Below are positions 29,075-39,416 of a stretch of DNA of 64,000 nucleotides, in pieces. The notes below the pieces were generated by a model that saw only the letters and a program-made list of their open reading frames with translations, did no database searches and was not told the DNA's origin. Source of the stretch: an uncultured Spirochaetota bacterium (GTDB lineage: Bacteria; Spirochaetota; Spirochaetia; SZUA-6; Fen-1364); contig CAVUXE010000054.1 in assembly GCA_963745235.1 (NCBI GenBank), forward strand, positions 1 to 64,000. The letters are read 5' to 3'. The position numbers and the translations under genes are program-made. Position 1 is the first letter of the stretch, and each line of letters begins with the position of its first letter.

Positions 29075-29847
29075 ATGAGTGACGAGCGTACGCACATGAA
29101 CGTCGCCTACGTGCGCCTTCTCTCCGCGCGGCGGGAAGACCTGTGGCGGGGGCCGGGGGCTTCCCCGCAGGACCTGCGCCGCCTGCGGGAGAAGCGCGGG
29201 GAAAAGATTGCCGCGGTTGATCCCGAGACCGAGCGGCTCCTCGGGTGGATCTCCCTCTATCCAGAGAAGGACGCAGGCGGCGTCTTTTTTGCCCTTGCCG
29301 GGCATCGAAGTCCTTCCCGCGTGGCGCTGCATGGGGATCGGCACCGGGCTCGATGAGCCAGGCCGGAGACTACATGCGTGAGCACAGGACCGCGAGGCTG
29401 AAGTTCGGCACCAGCCCGCTGCTCACCTGGCACGCCGGCCTGTACATGAGGCACTTCGGGATGCGCTACTCCTGGAAGGAGGGGATCAGGACGCCGGAGG
29501 GGAAGCCCTGGCCCTACGTTTCCTGCGAGTGGGACCTGGATGACCCCCTGGTGAAGCCCCCGGACCTCGATGAGAAAGACCTCTCCGCCCGAAGCGCCGT
29601 TGATTGGGACGGCCGCGTCCCGGTGGCGCGTCGCGGCATCGTCTACACCGGACCACTCTTTCTGCCCCTCCCCGAGATGTCGAATGACGATCTGGCCGAC
29701 ATGGCTGCCCGCAGCCCCGAGCTCCTCTTCACGATGTACCGCGTCTTCAATGGGCTGTTTCGCCATGGCTACCGGTTTGCGTGGTTCGACACAATGCCGT
29801 CGTCACGCACGTGCTACTACTTCATGGACAACCCCTTCGCCCTGTGA
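29075..29847 (+). CDS. GNAT-family acetyltransferase, two frameshifts near 29300-29352
   Basis: Reconstructed IEVLPAWRCMGIGTG acetyl-CoA motif bridges the two ORFs. Confidence 0.6.
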
Positions 29848-29882
29848 TTGCACACGCCGGGCGAAACGGATAGTATCCGGGC

Positions 29883-30152
29883 ATGGATATGACGCTCACC
29901 GTGGAGCTCTCACGAAGCGAGAGGGAGCTCGTGCTGAACATCCTCCATGTCAGCCCGGAGGTCGAGAAGAAGCTGGTCTCCACCAGGATTACCGGCAACA
30001 GGTACCACGTCGAGTTCTCCACCGCGGAGCTCCAGGGGATCATCAGCGGCCTCGCCTCTGAATCGAACCACACGGACGACAGAACGCTTGCCCGCGCCTA
30101 CGACGAGCTGCGAGAGAAGCTCGAGAAGCTCATCGACAAGGGGACGCCCTAG
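29883..30152 (+). CDS. Hypothetical protein
   Basis: Protein-like composition; TAGTAT shortly before the ATG. Confidence 0.6.
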   Translation: MDMTLTVELSRSERELVLNILHVSPEVEKKLVSTRITGNRYHVEFSTAELQGIISGLASESNHTDDRTLARAYDELREKLEKLIDKGTP

Positions 30153-30166
30153 CGCCCCTTCCCGCC

Positions 30167-30679
30167 ATGCAGAGCGACCCGCAAGCAGTCGTCTACCTCG
30201 CCCTGCTCACGCTGGTTGCCATCCTTGCCCTGATTGTCGTCATCCTTGTCTGGCAATCGGAGCGCAGGCGCTCCGGCGCGCGCGTGGAGGAGCTCCTTCG
30301 GGACCGGGACAGGGACCTGCTCTCCGCCCGCAAGGAAAGCGTGGAAAAGGCCAGAAGCTCGCTCAAGGGGCAGATCGCTGAGCAGATGGCGCCGCTCCTG
30401 CCGGGCTTTGCCTATGCGCCGGCAGACGCGCGCTTTCTCGGTGACCCGGTGGACTACGTTGTCTTCGACGGCTACACGGGCCTGAGGGACGGGGGGTCCC
30501 CGGGGGACGGGCTGGAGATAGTCCTCCTTGAAGTCAAGCAGGGGAAATCCGCGCTCTCTCCCTTCCAACGCGGGATTGCCCGTTCCGTGGAGGAGGGACG
30601 GGTCCGATTCGAGGTCTGCAGGATCCAGGACGACGGCTCAGTGAGCAAGGAAACGTGGCGTCCGCGGCGGCCACAGTGA
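30167..30679 (+). CDS. Membrane-anchored Holliday junction resolvase-like endonuclease
   Basis: GQIAEQMAP, ARFLGDPVDYVVFDG, LEVKQG. Confidence 0.85.
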   Translation: MQSDPQAVVYLALLTLVAILALIVVILVWQSERRRSGARVEELLRDRDRDLLSARKESVEKARSSLKGQIAEQMAPLLPGFAYAPADARFLGDPVDYVVFDGYTGLRDGGSPGDGLEIVLLEVKQGKSALSPFQRGIARSVEEGRVRFEVCRIQDDGSVSKETWRPRRPQ

Positions 30680-31429
30680 TGGGCACCCTGAGGGCGTGCG
30701 TCGCTCTGCTTGCCTTCTGCTTTCTTGCGGCCACGGGGAGGAGCGCGTTCGCGCAAAGCGATCCCGCGGATGCACCGAGCCGCCCGGGGCGGCAGGTGAG
30801 CCTCTCCCCGGTCAAAGACACGTTTTTCGCCTATGTGCTCGGGATTGTCCTGACCGGCCTGGAGGTCGACATCGACAACGCCGAGATGAGGAACGTCCTC
30901 CACGAGTTTCAAAGCAAGCTGAAGTTCCCGTTCGACCTTGTCAACCGCGTGGTCCAGCACAACGAGGAGGACACCGGGGCGCGGACCATTTCCCTGATCT
31001 TCAACGGTGACGTGATCATTCCCATCCCGTTTTCGTTCCTCGGCTATCATCCCGGGACCTTGCGCTCAACCGAACGGCTGAACTTCCGGGTCATACGCTC
31101 ATCCTACACGGACCCCGGCTGATCCGCGGGTCTACACGCCCGTCTACGACCTGACCCTTGCCGACGGAAGCGTGCTCATTGACATCGATGACTGGCTGGT
31201 GTACCTGCTGTGGAAAGTCCTGGACAAGCTGGAGGTCCGCCACATCGTGTTCTTCTCCTACCAGGGCGCCTGGATCGGGCTGGTCGAAGGGAAAGGCAAG
31301 GTCTTCAGTCGGGACATGCGGGAGTATTTCGATTTCACGAACAACAAAATCATCTACCCCATTCCCGACAAGCTTGACGCAATGGGCCTGGGGTTCATCA
31401 ACGCGAGCCCTTCCCTGGCCCAACACTGA
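30679..31429 (+). CDS. Secreted hypothetical protein, frameshift(s) near 31120-31160
   Basis: Signal peptide; two consecutive protein-like ORFs. Confidence 0.55.
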
Positions 31430-31492
31430 AGCGCTCCTGCGGTCTTGATCCCCTCCCGCCTCGCGGCGTACCATTTCAGCGGGAGGGGACCG

Positions 31493-32287
31493 GTGAGCGT
31501 TGTCATAGCCTGCGCGCAGCTTGCCTGCGCCCCGGGCGACATCCAACGAAACATGTCCCGCATGGAAGAAATGGCCGCCGAGGCTGCGCGCCGCGGCGCC
31601 CGGGTGCTCGTTTTTCCCGAGCTTTGCCTCAGCGGATACCTTGCCCCTCATGATGCGGCCCGTGCAGCCGTCCCCGCGGATGGGGCCGAAGTGCGGCGCC
31701 TTGGCGCCGTGGCGCAGAAGACCGGGTTGGCCCTATGCTTCGGGTTTCCTGAACGCGCTCCCGAGGCGCTGTACAACAGCATGGCGTTTGTGGACAGGGA
31801 CGGCGGCCTCCCCATCGTCTACCGAAAGATTCACCTGTGGGTGACCGAGAAGGGATGGGCGACAGAAGGGAAGCGGCTCGTTTCCTTTGCCCTGGACGGG
31901 ATTCGCTGCGGCATGTGGATCTGCTACGACTGCCGGTTCCCGGAGGCTGCGCGCGCCCTTGCGCTGGACGGCGTGACCCTGGGCCTGGTGGGCTCGGCAT
32001 GGTTCGGGCCCGCCGCGGAGTGGGAGCTTGTCGCCAGGGCGCGCGCGCTGGACAACGGCATCTTCGTCGCGGGAGCGGCGGCGCAGGGCAGCTTCGAAGG
32101 CGCCGCTTTCCACGGAGGAAGCCTCATTGTCGACCCGCACGGCGCCATCCTGGCCGTCGCGTCGGAGGGTGAGGAGGGGGTCATTGCCGCGGAGCTCGAC
32201 CAGGGAGCGGTGGACTCCTTCCGCAAGAGACTGCCGCTGCTCCAGGACAGGCGGCCGGCGTCGTACAGAGTGGATGGGCTTCCGTGA
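31493..32287 (+). CDS. Carbon-nitrogen hydrolase (nitrilase family)
   Basis: FPEL, YRKIHL, ICYD triad. Confidence 0.92.
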   Translation: MSVVIACAQLACAPGDIQRNMSRMEEMAAEAARRGARVLVFPELCLSGYLAPHDAARAAVPADGAEVRRLGAVAQKTGLALCFGFPERAPEALYNSMAFVDRDGGLPIVYRKIHLWVTEKGWATEGKRLVSFALDGIRCGMWICYDCRFPEAARALALDGVTLGLVGSAWFGPAAEWELVARARALDNGIFVAGAAAQGSFEGAAFHGGSLIVDPHGAILAVASEGEEGVIAAELDQGAVDSFRKRLPLLQDRRPASYRVDGLP

Positions 32288-33060
32288 CAGCAGCCGCGGG
32301 GGCACGCGCCAGGAGCGGGGCGGAGACGGACCTCGCACGGCCGCTGTGCGACTGGCTTGCCGGGCTGGGGTACACGGTGCGCAGCGAGGTGAAGGACTGC
32401 GACATCGCGGCGCTCAGGGGGGATGATCTTCTCATTGTCGAGATAAAAAAGGCGTTGAACCTCGCGGTGGTAGTCCAGGCCGTGCAGCGCCAGCGCATGA
32501 CGGATACGGTCTATGTCGCTGTTCCCCGGCCTCCCAACAAGTGGAGGTGGTGGAAAGAGAGCAGGGGAGTCTTCCACCTCCTTCGCAGGCTGGAGCTTGG
32601 TCTCCTCCTCGTTTCTCCATCAAACGGCGGACCGCCGGTGGACGTCGTGTTTCCTCCGCGGCCGCTTGCGCGCAGGAAGCGGGCGCCATCCCGCCGCGCC
32701 GTGCTGGCCGAGATCTCGGGAAGGATTGCGGACTTCAACATTGCGGGAAGCTCCCGGACGAAGCTCGTGACGGCCTACCGCGAGAGCGCAATCCATATCG
32801 CCTGTTGCCTGGCGCACCTCGGAAGGATGGCGCCCGCGGCGCTGCGCGCGCTGGGCACCGGATCCAAGACGCAATCCATCCTCCAGTACAATCCCTATGG
32901 ATGGTTCGAAAGGGTGGAGCGCGGGGTCTACGGCTTGAGCGCGCGCGGCAGACGGGAGTTGGAGGACTATCCGCAGCTCGTGAAGCACTACCTGTCAGTC
33001 GTGAAGCGTGCTATGAAGAGAGCCCCGCGGCGTCTCCCGAAGGAGGCCCCGGCTGATTGA
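32284..33060 (+). CDS. DUF2161 putative PD-(D/E)XK nuclease
   Basis: ETDL..P....GY.VRSEV..CD, VEIK, TAYRE, N.YGWFERVERGVY. Confidence 0.85.
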   Translation: MTAAAGARARSGAETDLARPLCDWLAGLGYTVRSEVKDCDIAALRGDDLLIVEIKKALNLAVVVQAVQRQRMTDTVYVAVPRPPNKWRWWKESRGVFHLLRRLELGLLLVSPSNGGPPVDVVFPPRPLARRKRAPSRRAVLAEISGRIADFNIAGSSRTKLVTAYRESAIHIACCLAHLGRMAPAALRALGTGSKTQSILQYNPYGWFERVERGVYGLSARGRRELEDYPQLVKHYLSVVKRAMKRAPRRLPKEAPAD

Positions 33061-33104
33061 TCCGGTCAGGATTCCGGCATTATCATTCCAGCAAGGGGGA
33101 CATC

Positions 33105-33395
33105 GTGGCTTTTCAGCGCGTGGACGGGGCGGACAAGGGAAGGATCCTCGTATACGCCCTCAGCACCTGCATGTGGTGCCGCATGGCAAAAAACCTCCTG
33201 AAGGATCTTGGGGTCGGCTATGAGTACGTCGACGTTGATCTCCTGCCCGTGGAGGAGAAGGACGCGGTCAAGAAAGAGATCCGCAAGTGGAATCCGGACG
33301 GTTCCTATCCCACCATCGTGATCAACGACAAGGACTGCGTCTCCGGCTTCGACGAGACGGAGATCAAGGAGAAGATCGGAGTGAAGGCCGGATGA
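33105..33395 (+). CDS. Glutaredoxin
   Basis: YALSTCMWC, SYPTIVI. Confidence 0.9.
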   Translation: MAFQRVDGADKGRILVYALSTCMWCRMAKNLLKDLGVGYEYVDVDLLPVEEKDAVKKEIRKWNPDGSYPTIVINDKDCVSGFDETEIKEKIGVKAG

Positions 33396-33988
33396 GCGCC
33401 AGCGGGGAGAACCCTGTCATCACTCCCGAGCAGGTGCAGCAGCTCTTCGAGCGGCTGAAGACCGAGGCGGAGAGCTCGGGGTACCATCTGAACCCCAACG
33501 TGGATTTCACCAAGGGGCTCATCGAAGGGCTCCTTGTGAACGAGGCGCGCCATGGCTACTGGGCGTGCCCGTGCAGGCTCCCGTCGGGCTCCAAGGAGCA
33601 GGACCTGGACATCATCTGCCCCTGCGACTACAGGGACCCGGACCTGGATGAATACGACACCTGCTACTGCGCGCTGTACGTTTCCCAGGACGTCGTTGAC
33701 GGTAAGAAGAAGGCCACGCGGATCCCGGAGCGCAGGCCGCCGGAGCGGGATTCGGCCTCCCCGCCCGCCGACAGCGCGGAGCAGGCAGCCGCCGCTCCCG
33801 CAGCGGCAGCCGCCGCAGCAGAAGCACGACCGCTCCGCGCGGCGGGCCTTGCGGCGGCCGGCCTCGAAGCTCTCGGCTATCCCGTGTGGCGCTGCAGGGT
33901 GTGCGGCTACCTCTGCGCCCGGGCCCAGCCCCCCGCCGTCTGTCCCATCTGCAAGGCGAAGAAGGAGCGATTCGAACGGTTCATCTGA
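33392..33988 (+). CDS. Ferredoxin:thioredoxin/glutaredoxin reductase catalytic domain fused to a rubredoxin-like domain
   Basis: CPC..CPC..CYC motifs, Ala-rich linker, WRCRVCGY...CPIC. Confidence 0.9.
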   Translation: MSASGENPVITPEQVQQLFERLKTEAESSGYHLNPNVDFTKGLIEGLLVNEARHGYWACPCRLPSGSKEQDLDIICPCDYRDPDLDEYDTCYCALYVSQDVVDGKKKATRIPERRPPERDSASPPADSAEQAAAAPAAAAAAAEARPLRAAGLAAAGLEALGYPVWRCRVCGYLCARAQPPAVCPICKAKKERFERFI

Positions 33989-35225
33989 TGGACGGCCGCT
34001 CCGCCTTTCTCCCCTGATCTCCTGCAATCAGATCGGAAACCCTTCTCTGCGCTGCGCCGAGTGAGCCGGACCTCACCATTCCAGCCAGCTCCTGGAAGAG
34101 CTTCTTGTCAGAGAGTCGGGTAAGGAACGGAAAATCCTGGCGGAGCACCCAGAAGCCCCATCCCGGGTCAAGCTTCAAGCTGGGCGTCCGCGAGCTGCCG
34201 CGTGGCCCGCTTTCGATGCTGCGAAGCCGGCGGTACTCCCTGTCGATCTCCCTGCTCACCCTTTTGCCGGCAATCCTGCGCACGACGTCCATGCGCACCA
34301 GCTCCATCTTCCTGTCCAGGTTTGTCCCGCTCTTGAAGGTGACGGGGAGCGGGAGAGAAACCAGGATCTCTCCGTCCGGCGTGAACCCCATCATTCCCTG
34401 GGTGTGGTAGCCTTTTTCCAGGGGGAGCACCGGCGCGGCCCGCGGATACACGCGGAGCTTTCTGTACTCCTCCAGCTGCTCGCGGACCCGGCGCGCCTGT
34501 TCCTGGATGGCCGCGTCCCCCGGCTGCGAAGCGAGCCTGCGCTCGAGCTGGGGAAGGAGCTCGTTCTCCATGTAATGGATTGCCTGGGAGAGGGGAACCC
34601 GCATGGCGCGCGAGCTGTAGGTCATCTCTTCTCCTTCCTCGATGCCGTACGGAGGCTTCTGCGGTCTGAGCCGTATCATGACGGGGAAGAGGGAGAGGAG
34701 GATCTGCTGCACGAAAGCGGGATAGCGCTGGACGTCGAAGGGAGGATACAGGTCATCCTCCCCCAGGTACTTGCGGATTGAGGTGACGACGGTTCGGGAA
34801 AGAATGCGCCTTTTGCGCTCATCCATTTCCAGGGGCTCGAGGAGCCCGCCGCCGCCCGACACCAGGAACTCTTCCAGGAGCCGCTTTACCTCGCTGAAAA
34901 GCGGACTGTCCTGGACCGTCCCTCTCTGGTCCTCGGAGATATTCTGCGAGACCAGACCGTCTACCAGGCGTATGGCGGACAACGCCCTCCTGCCAATGGC
35001 GGCCCCGACGTCTTCGAAGCCTTCCCCTGCCCTCCGCGTTTTTTTCAGAAGGACGATGCACAGGCGAAGCTTCACCTTGGCGAGCGCCAGGCTCAGGTCG
35101 ATGTCTTTCATGCCCGACAGGCGTGCATCCATGTCGCGGGCCAGCTCCTCCAGCCGCCCCTCCTCTGCCAGGAGCTCCTGGGTTTCCTGCGAGAGCTCGC
35201 TCGGCGGCAGGTCGCTGGTTGCCAC
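33981..35225 (-). CDS. Hypothetical protein (414 aa, helical)
   Basis: Long ORF abutting the DinB gene; no motif recognised. Confidence 0.7.
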   Translation of the reverse strand: MATSDLPPSELSQETQELLAEEGRLEELARDMDARLSGMKDIDLSLALAKVKLRLCIVLLKKTRRAGEGFEDVGAAIGRRALSAIRLVDGLVSQNISEDQRGTVQDSPLFSEVKRLLEEFLVSGGGGLLEPLEMDERKRRILSRTVVTSIRKYLGEDDLYPPFDVQRYPAFVQQILLSLFPVMIRLRPQKPPYGIEEGEEMTYSSRAMRVPLSQAIHYMENELLPQLERRLASQPGDAAIQEQARRVREQLEEYRKLRVYPRAAPVLPLEKGYHTQGMMGFTPDGEILVSLPLPVTFKSGTNLDRKMELVRMDVVRRIAGKRVSREIDREYRRLRSIESGPRGSSRTPSLKLDPGWGFWVLRQDFPFLTRLSDKKLFQELAGMVRSGSLGAAQRRVSDLIAGDQGRKAERPSIR

Positions 35226-35705
35226 TTACTTCTCCGGCCAGGCCTTCAGGCCTCTTCTCACGTCGATGAGCTGCCCGACATGGTAGGAGTTGTGGTCTAT
35301 GACGAGAAGAGCCTCGCGGAGAAGGGTCTGCCCCTGGCCATGAGGAAAGGGGGCAAGCAGGTCGTTCTTCGTGTCCCGGACCAGGGCGATCATTGCGGCG
35401 AGGTCAGAACGGAACGTCTTGACCGTCTTTTCCCAGTCCGAGGCCGGTGCAGGCGCATCTTCCTTTGGCCAATACCCCTGAGGCCATGCGGGAGACTTGT
35501 ACGATGGGTCTCTCACGAACTCAAGGATATCCTCCTGCGTGATCCAGAGATGGTACAGGATCTCCCACGCCGTATGCTGAAGTCCGGGGACATGGCGCCC
35601 GGCAAGGTCCACCGGAAAACCATCCACGGCCTTCTCGAACGGGACATGAGCGCCCCGACCACGAAGCGTTTCGGCCAGCTGCTCCCGAACCTTTCCCTCG
35701 TCCAT
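35226..35705 (-). CDS. DinB-family protein
   Basis: GAH, WEILYH, LREALL..DHNSYHVGQ. Confidence 0.88.
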   Translation of the reverse strand: MDEGKVREQLAETLRGRGAHVPFEKAVDGFPVDLAGRHVPGLQHTAWEILYHLWITQEDILEFVRDPSYKSPAWPQGYWPKEDAPAPASDWEKTVKTFRSDLAAMIALVRDTKNDLLAPFPHGQGQTLLREALLVIDHNSYHVGQLIDVRRGLKAWPEK

Positions 35706-35780
35706 TGCGCATCCTCCGTCCGCAACAAATGTACCACGGATGCTGTTCCAAGGGGCATGTTCAGATTATAGTGGCGGGAA

Positions 35781-36999
35781 ATGCTTCCGGCGCGAAGAAC
35801 CTTTGCGGCCCTGTCGTACCCCAACTACCGTCTGTGGTTCGTGGGGCAGATGGTCTCCCTGTTTGGAACGTGGATGCAGACCACGGCGCAGGGGTACCTC
35901 GTCTACGAGCTCACCAGGTCGGAGGCGTACCTCGGGTACGTGGGGTTCGCCTCCGGGGTCGCGACGTGGGCGTTCACCCTCTACGGCGGCGCGATCGCTG
36001 ACCGCGTGCCGCGGCGCAACCTCATTGTCATCACGCAGAGCTTCAGCATGCTTCTGGCTTTCGTGCTCTCTCTCCTGGTTTTCCTGCGCGTGGTCGCCCC
36101 CTGGCACATCGTCATCCTGGCCTTTTGCCTCGGGGTGGTCAACTCCTTTGACGCTCCCGCCCGGCAGTCCTTTGTGCTGGAGATGGTGGATCGGCCCGTG
36201 CTCACCAACGCCATCGCCCTCAACTCCATGATGTTCAACACGGCCACCGCCGTCGGACCCGCGGTCGGCGGGCTCACCTACGCGCTGTTCGGGCCGGGCT
36301 GGTGCTTCGCCATCAACGGCCTGTCTTTCCTTGCGGTCATTGCGGCGCTCCTGGCAATGCGTCTTGCGCCGTTCACCCCGCCGGCCCGGAAGGCCTCCAC
36401 CGGCGTAGAAATCAGGGAGGGGCTGCGCGCGGTCCTCGCGGACCGGCAGGATACTGGCCATTATCTGCCTGATGGCAGCCGTCAGCCTCTTCGGCATGTC
36501 GTTCGCGACCCTCATTCCGGCCTGGGCCGTGCAGATCCTCCACGGAGATTCGCGCATCAACGGTTTCCTCCAGTCCGCGCGTGGCATCGGAGCGCTGACG
36601 GCCGCGCTGTGGATTGCCTCCTTCGCCCACAGGCGCCGCAAGGGGATGACGATAACGGCGGCCAGTCTTCTCTTCCCCTTCATGCTCGTTCTCTTCTCCT
36701 TCACACGGATCCTTCCCTTGTCCCTCCTTGCCATCCTGGCCGTTGGCGCCACGAACATCACCGTGAACAACCTTGCCAACGCGCTGGTGCAGACCCTCAC
36801 CCCGGATGCACTCCGCGGGCGCGTCATGAGCATCTACATGCTCTCTTTCTTCGGCTTCATGCCCATCGGGGCGCTCCTGGCCGGATCTTTCGCAACGGTC
36901 GTGGGAGTGCCGCTCACGATTGAGGTCGGCGCCTCGGCGACCCTGGCCTGCGCCATGGCAGTTGCGTTTTTCGTGCCCGCGGTTCGGAGGCTGGACTAG
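35781..36999 (+). CDS. MFS transporter, frameshift near 36450
   Basis: NYRLWF.GQ.VS..GTWMQ, GAIADR.PRR, LRGRVMS. Confidence 0.88.
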
Positions 37000-37000
37000 G

Positions 37001-37354
37001 ATGGAGTCGATCCTGCGCGTCATCCTCGACTGGGTCGGGAAGCAGATGACGGCGGCGCGGGAAATCTACGGGGTGGACCCCGTCGTTTTCCTGGCCCTGC
37101 TCTTTGGCGCAAGCCCCGTGTTCTATTTTTCCATCTACCGCATGGTGCGCGCCGTCGCAAAAAGACGCTTGAACGAAGTGACCGTCTGGAGCATGATATT
37201 CCTGCTCTCCACTGTCGCCCCCTACCTGTACGTCCTGGTGGCCGGAAGGAACATTCCCTGGTGGGTGTACATCATCATCGGGCTCGTCGTCGCCCAGGGG
37301 ATCTGGTCGCTGGTGCGCAGGCTCAGGAAGAAGCCCGAGCCCGGCAAGTCCTAG
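37001..37354 (+). CDS. Hypothetical membrane protein
   Basis: Three TM helices, YGVDP motif. Confidence 0.7.
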   Translation: MESILRVILDWVGKQMTAAREIYGVDPVVFLALLFGASPVFYFSIYRMVRAVAKRRLNEVTVWSMIFLLSTVAPYLYVLVAGRNIPWWVYIIIGLVVAQGIWSLVRRLRKKPEPGKS

Positions 37355-37437
37355 ACGGGGATGGGGGGGGCAAGCGAGGCCTCCGGCGGCTCAGCCGCGG
37401 GTTGAGGCAGCCGAGAGAGAGGGGAGGAGCGGGTCAT

Positions 37438-38769
37438 ATGCCGAGATTTTCCCGCAGAATGGGCAAGGCGCGCAGGTCGTTCGTCAGGGAGATCCTCAAG
37501 GTCACGGAGGACCCGTCCATCATCTCATTCGCCGGCGGTTTGCCCAACCCCCGGTTCTTCCCCGTCGCTGAGCTCTCACGGGCAACAGAGAGAACGCTCG
37601 CGGAGAGCGGCCCCGCGGCGCTCCAGTACGCCACCACGGAAGGGTTCCCGCCCCTTCGGGAATACATCGCCGAGCGCTACGCGCGGCGGGGAGTCCGCGT
37701 TGCCGCCAGGGACATCCTCATCACGAACGGATCCCAGCAGGGGCTGGACCTTGTTGCAAAGGCGCTCCTGGACCAGGGGGACACGGTGCTCGTGGAGCGG
37801 CCCACCTACCTTGCGGCCATCCAGGCATTCAGCCTGTTCGAGCCAGGATTTCGAGCCCTGGAGTTGTGCGAAGACGGGGTGCAGGCAGATCTGATTGCAC
37901 GGGCCCTGCACGAGGACTCACCCAAGCTCTTCTATGTCATCCCGAACTTCCAAAACCCTTCCGGGATAACCTGGTCCGCGGAACGCCGGCGCGGGGCAGC
38001 CTCCCTGATCGCCGCCAGCGACACCGTGCTCGTGGAGGATGACCCGTATGGGGAGCTTCGGTTCGCCGGGGAAGCTGTCCCGCCAATGGGGGTCGTGCCG
38101 CCAGACTCCTCGCTTGCTCCGTGGGCTGTCCTGCTTGGCACGTTCTCCAAGACAGTCGCGCCCGGCATGCGGCTGGGATGGCTGTGCGCGGGGCCTGAGA
38201 TCATGGAGCGGGTGATCATTGCCAAGCAGGCAGCGGACCTGCACTCCAACGGCTTTGCGCAGCGGGTCCTGCATCGCTACCTGTCCGACAACGATGTGGA
38301 TGGTCATATCGCGAAGATCCGTGACGCCTACGGGAAGCAGCGGGATCTCATGGTGCGCATGGTGGAGACGCTGTTCCCGCCGGAAGTCCGCTGCACACGA
38401 CCGCAGGGCGGGATGTTCCTCTGGATGACTCTGCCAGAGGGGATGTCGTCCACGGACCTGCTGGAGAAAGCGATCACGGAGAAGGTCGCATTCGTGCCGG
38501 GCCAGGCATTCTTCACGGATGACTGCGGAGCCAACACGATGCGGCTGAACTTCTCCAACGCCGACGAGCCCATGATCGAGGAAGGCATGAAGCGCCTGGC
38601 GCGCGTGTTTGCCGGGACGGGGGCCGGCTCAGGTAAAGAAGGCTCCGGCGTCGGGGGCCGTCCAGTCGAGAATCAGCGGCGTGACGGCAACTTTCCCCTC
38701 ACGGACCAGCACGTAGGCGTCGGTCCCCGGCTCGAAAACCGAAGGATCGGTGGAAAGGGTCGCCTCTGA
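37438..38769 (+). CDS. PLP-dependent class I aminotransferase (LysN/MocR-like catalytic domain)
   Basis: ISFAGGLP, PNFQNPSG, EDDPYGEL, FSK...PG.RLGW, MRLNFS; the 3' tail overlaps surE. Confidence 0.9.
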   Translation: MPRFSRRMGKARRSFVREILKVTEDPSIISFAGGLPNPRFFPVAELSRATERTLAESGPAALQYATTEGFPPLREYIAERYARRGVRVAARDILITNGSQQGLDLVAKALLDQGDTVLVERPTYLAAIQAFSLFEPGFRALELCEDGVQADLIARALHEDSPKLFYVIPNFQNPSGITWSAERRRGAASLIAASDTVLVEDDPYGELRFAGEAVPPMGVVPPDSSLAPWAVLLGTFSKTVAPGMRLGWLCAGPEIMERVIIAKQAADLHSNGFAQRVLHRYLSDNDVDGHIAKIRDAYGKQRDLMVRMVETLFPPEVRCTRPQGGMFLWMTLPEGMSSTDLLEKAITEKVAFVPGQAFFTDDCGANTMRLNFSNADEPMIEEGMKRLARVFAGTGAGSGKEGSGVGGRPVENQRRDGNFPLTDQHVGVGPRLENRRIGGKGRL

Positions 38770-39402
38770 TACCACCGCATCATCGGACTGCCTGTTCATT
38801 CTGGCCAGATAGTAAGGGCCGCGCCGGAGCCTGCACACCTTCCATTCCGTCCGTTCATTCGCGTTCATGGGCACGTCGATCTTCAGCACGTCGAAGCCGG
38901 CAAACGCGCCTTTTTCGATAAACCGGCGGACAAACATTCCAAGGAAGAACTGCGCCGCGGTCCAGTCGATCTGTCCATACGCCCGGTGTCCTGTGAGCTC
39001 GGTCTGCATGGAGACAGCGATGGCCGGGATTCCGCGGACTGCGCATTCGATTGCGGCCCCGACGGTCCCTGATGAGCTGATGTCGTACCCGATGTTTTCT
39101 CCATAGTTGATCCCTGATATTGCCAGGTCGATCCTTGCATCCCTCAGGACCGTGGAGAATGCGTGGCGCACGACAAGCGCGGGTGAGCCCTCCAGGTGGA
39201 AAGCAGAGACTTTCCCCGCGCCCACGCTTATGGGGGTCGTCGAAAAAGGGCTCGTCCTGTCTCCAGCCAGGCTCCTGCCCGCGCCGGTCTTCTGGCTGGA
39301 CGGGGCGGCTACCACGACATGGGCAAAGCCGCGGGCCGTCTCAACGGCTGCCGCGAGGCCCGGTGACATGACCCCGTCATCGTTCGTGCAGAGGATTTCC
39401 AT
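38629..39402 (-). CDS. surE: 5'/3'-nucleotidase SurE
   Basis: ILCTNDDG, SGINYGEN, SGTVGAA. Confidence 0.93.
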   Translation of the reverse strand: MEILCTNDDGVMSPGLAAAVETARGFAHVVVAAPSSQKTGAGRSLAGDRTSPFSTTPISVGAGKVSAFHLEGSPALVVRHAFSTVLRDARIDLAISGINYGENIGYDISSSGTVGAAIECAVRGIPAIAVSMQTELTGHRAYGQIDWTAAQFFLGMFVRRFIEKGAFAGFDVLKIDVPMNANERTEWKVCRLRRGPYYLARMNRQSDDAVVSEATLSTDPSVFEPGTDAYVLVREGKVAVTPLILDWTAPDAGAFFT

Positions 39403-39416
39403 CCGGCAGATATGGT

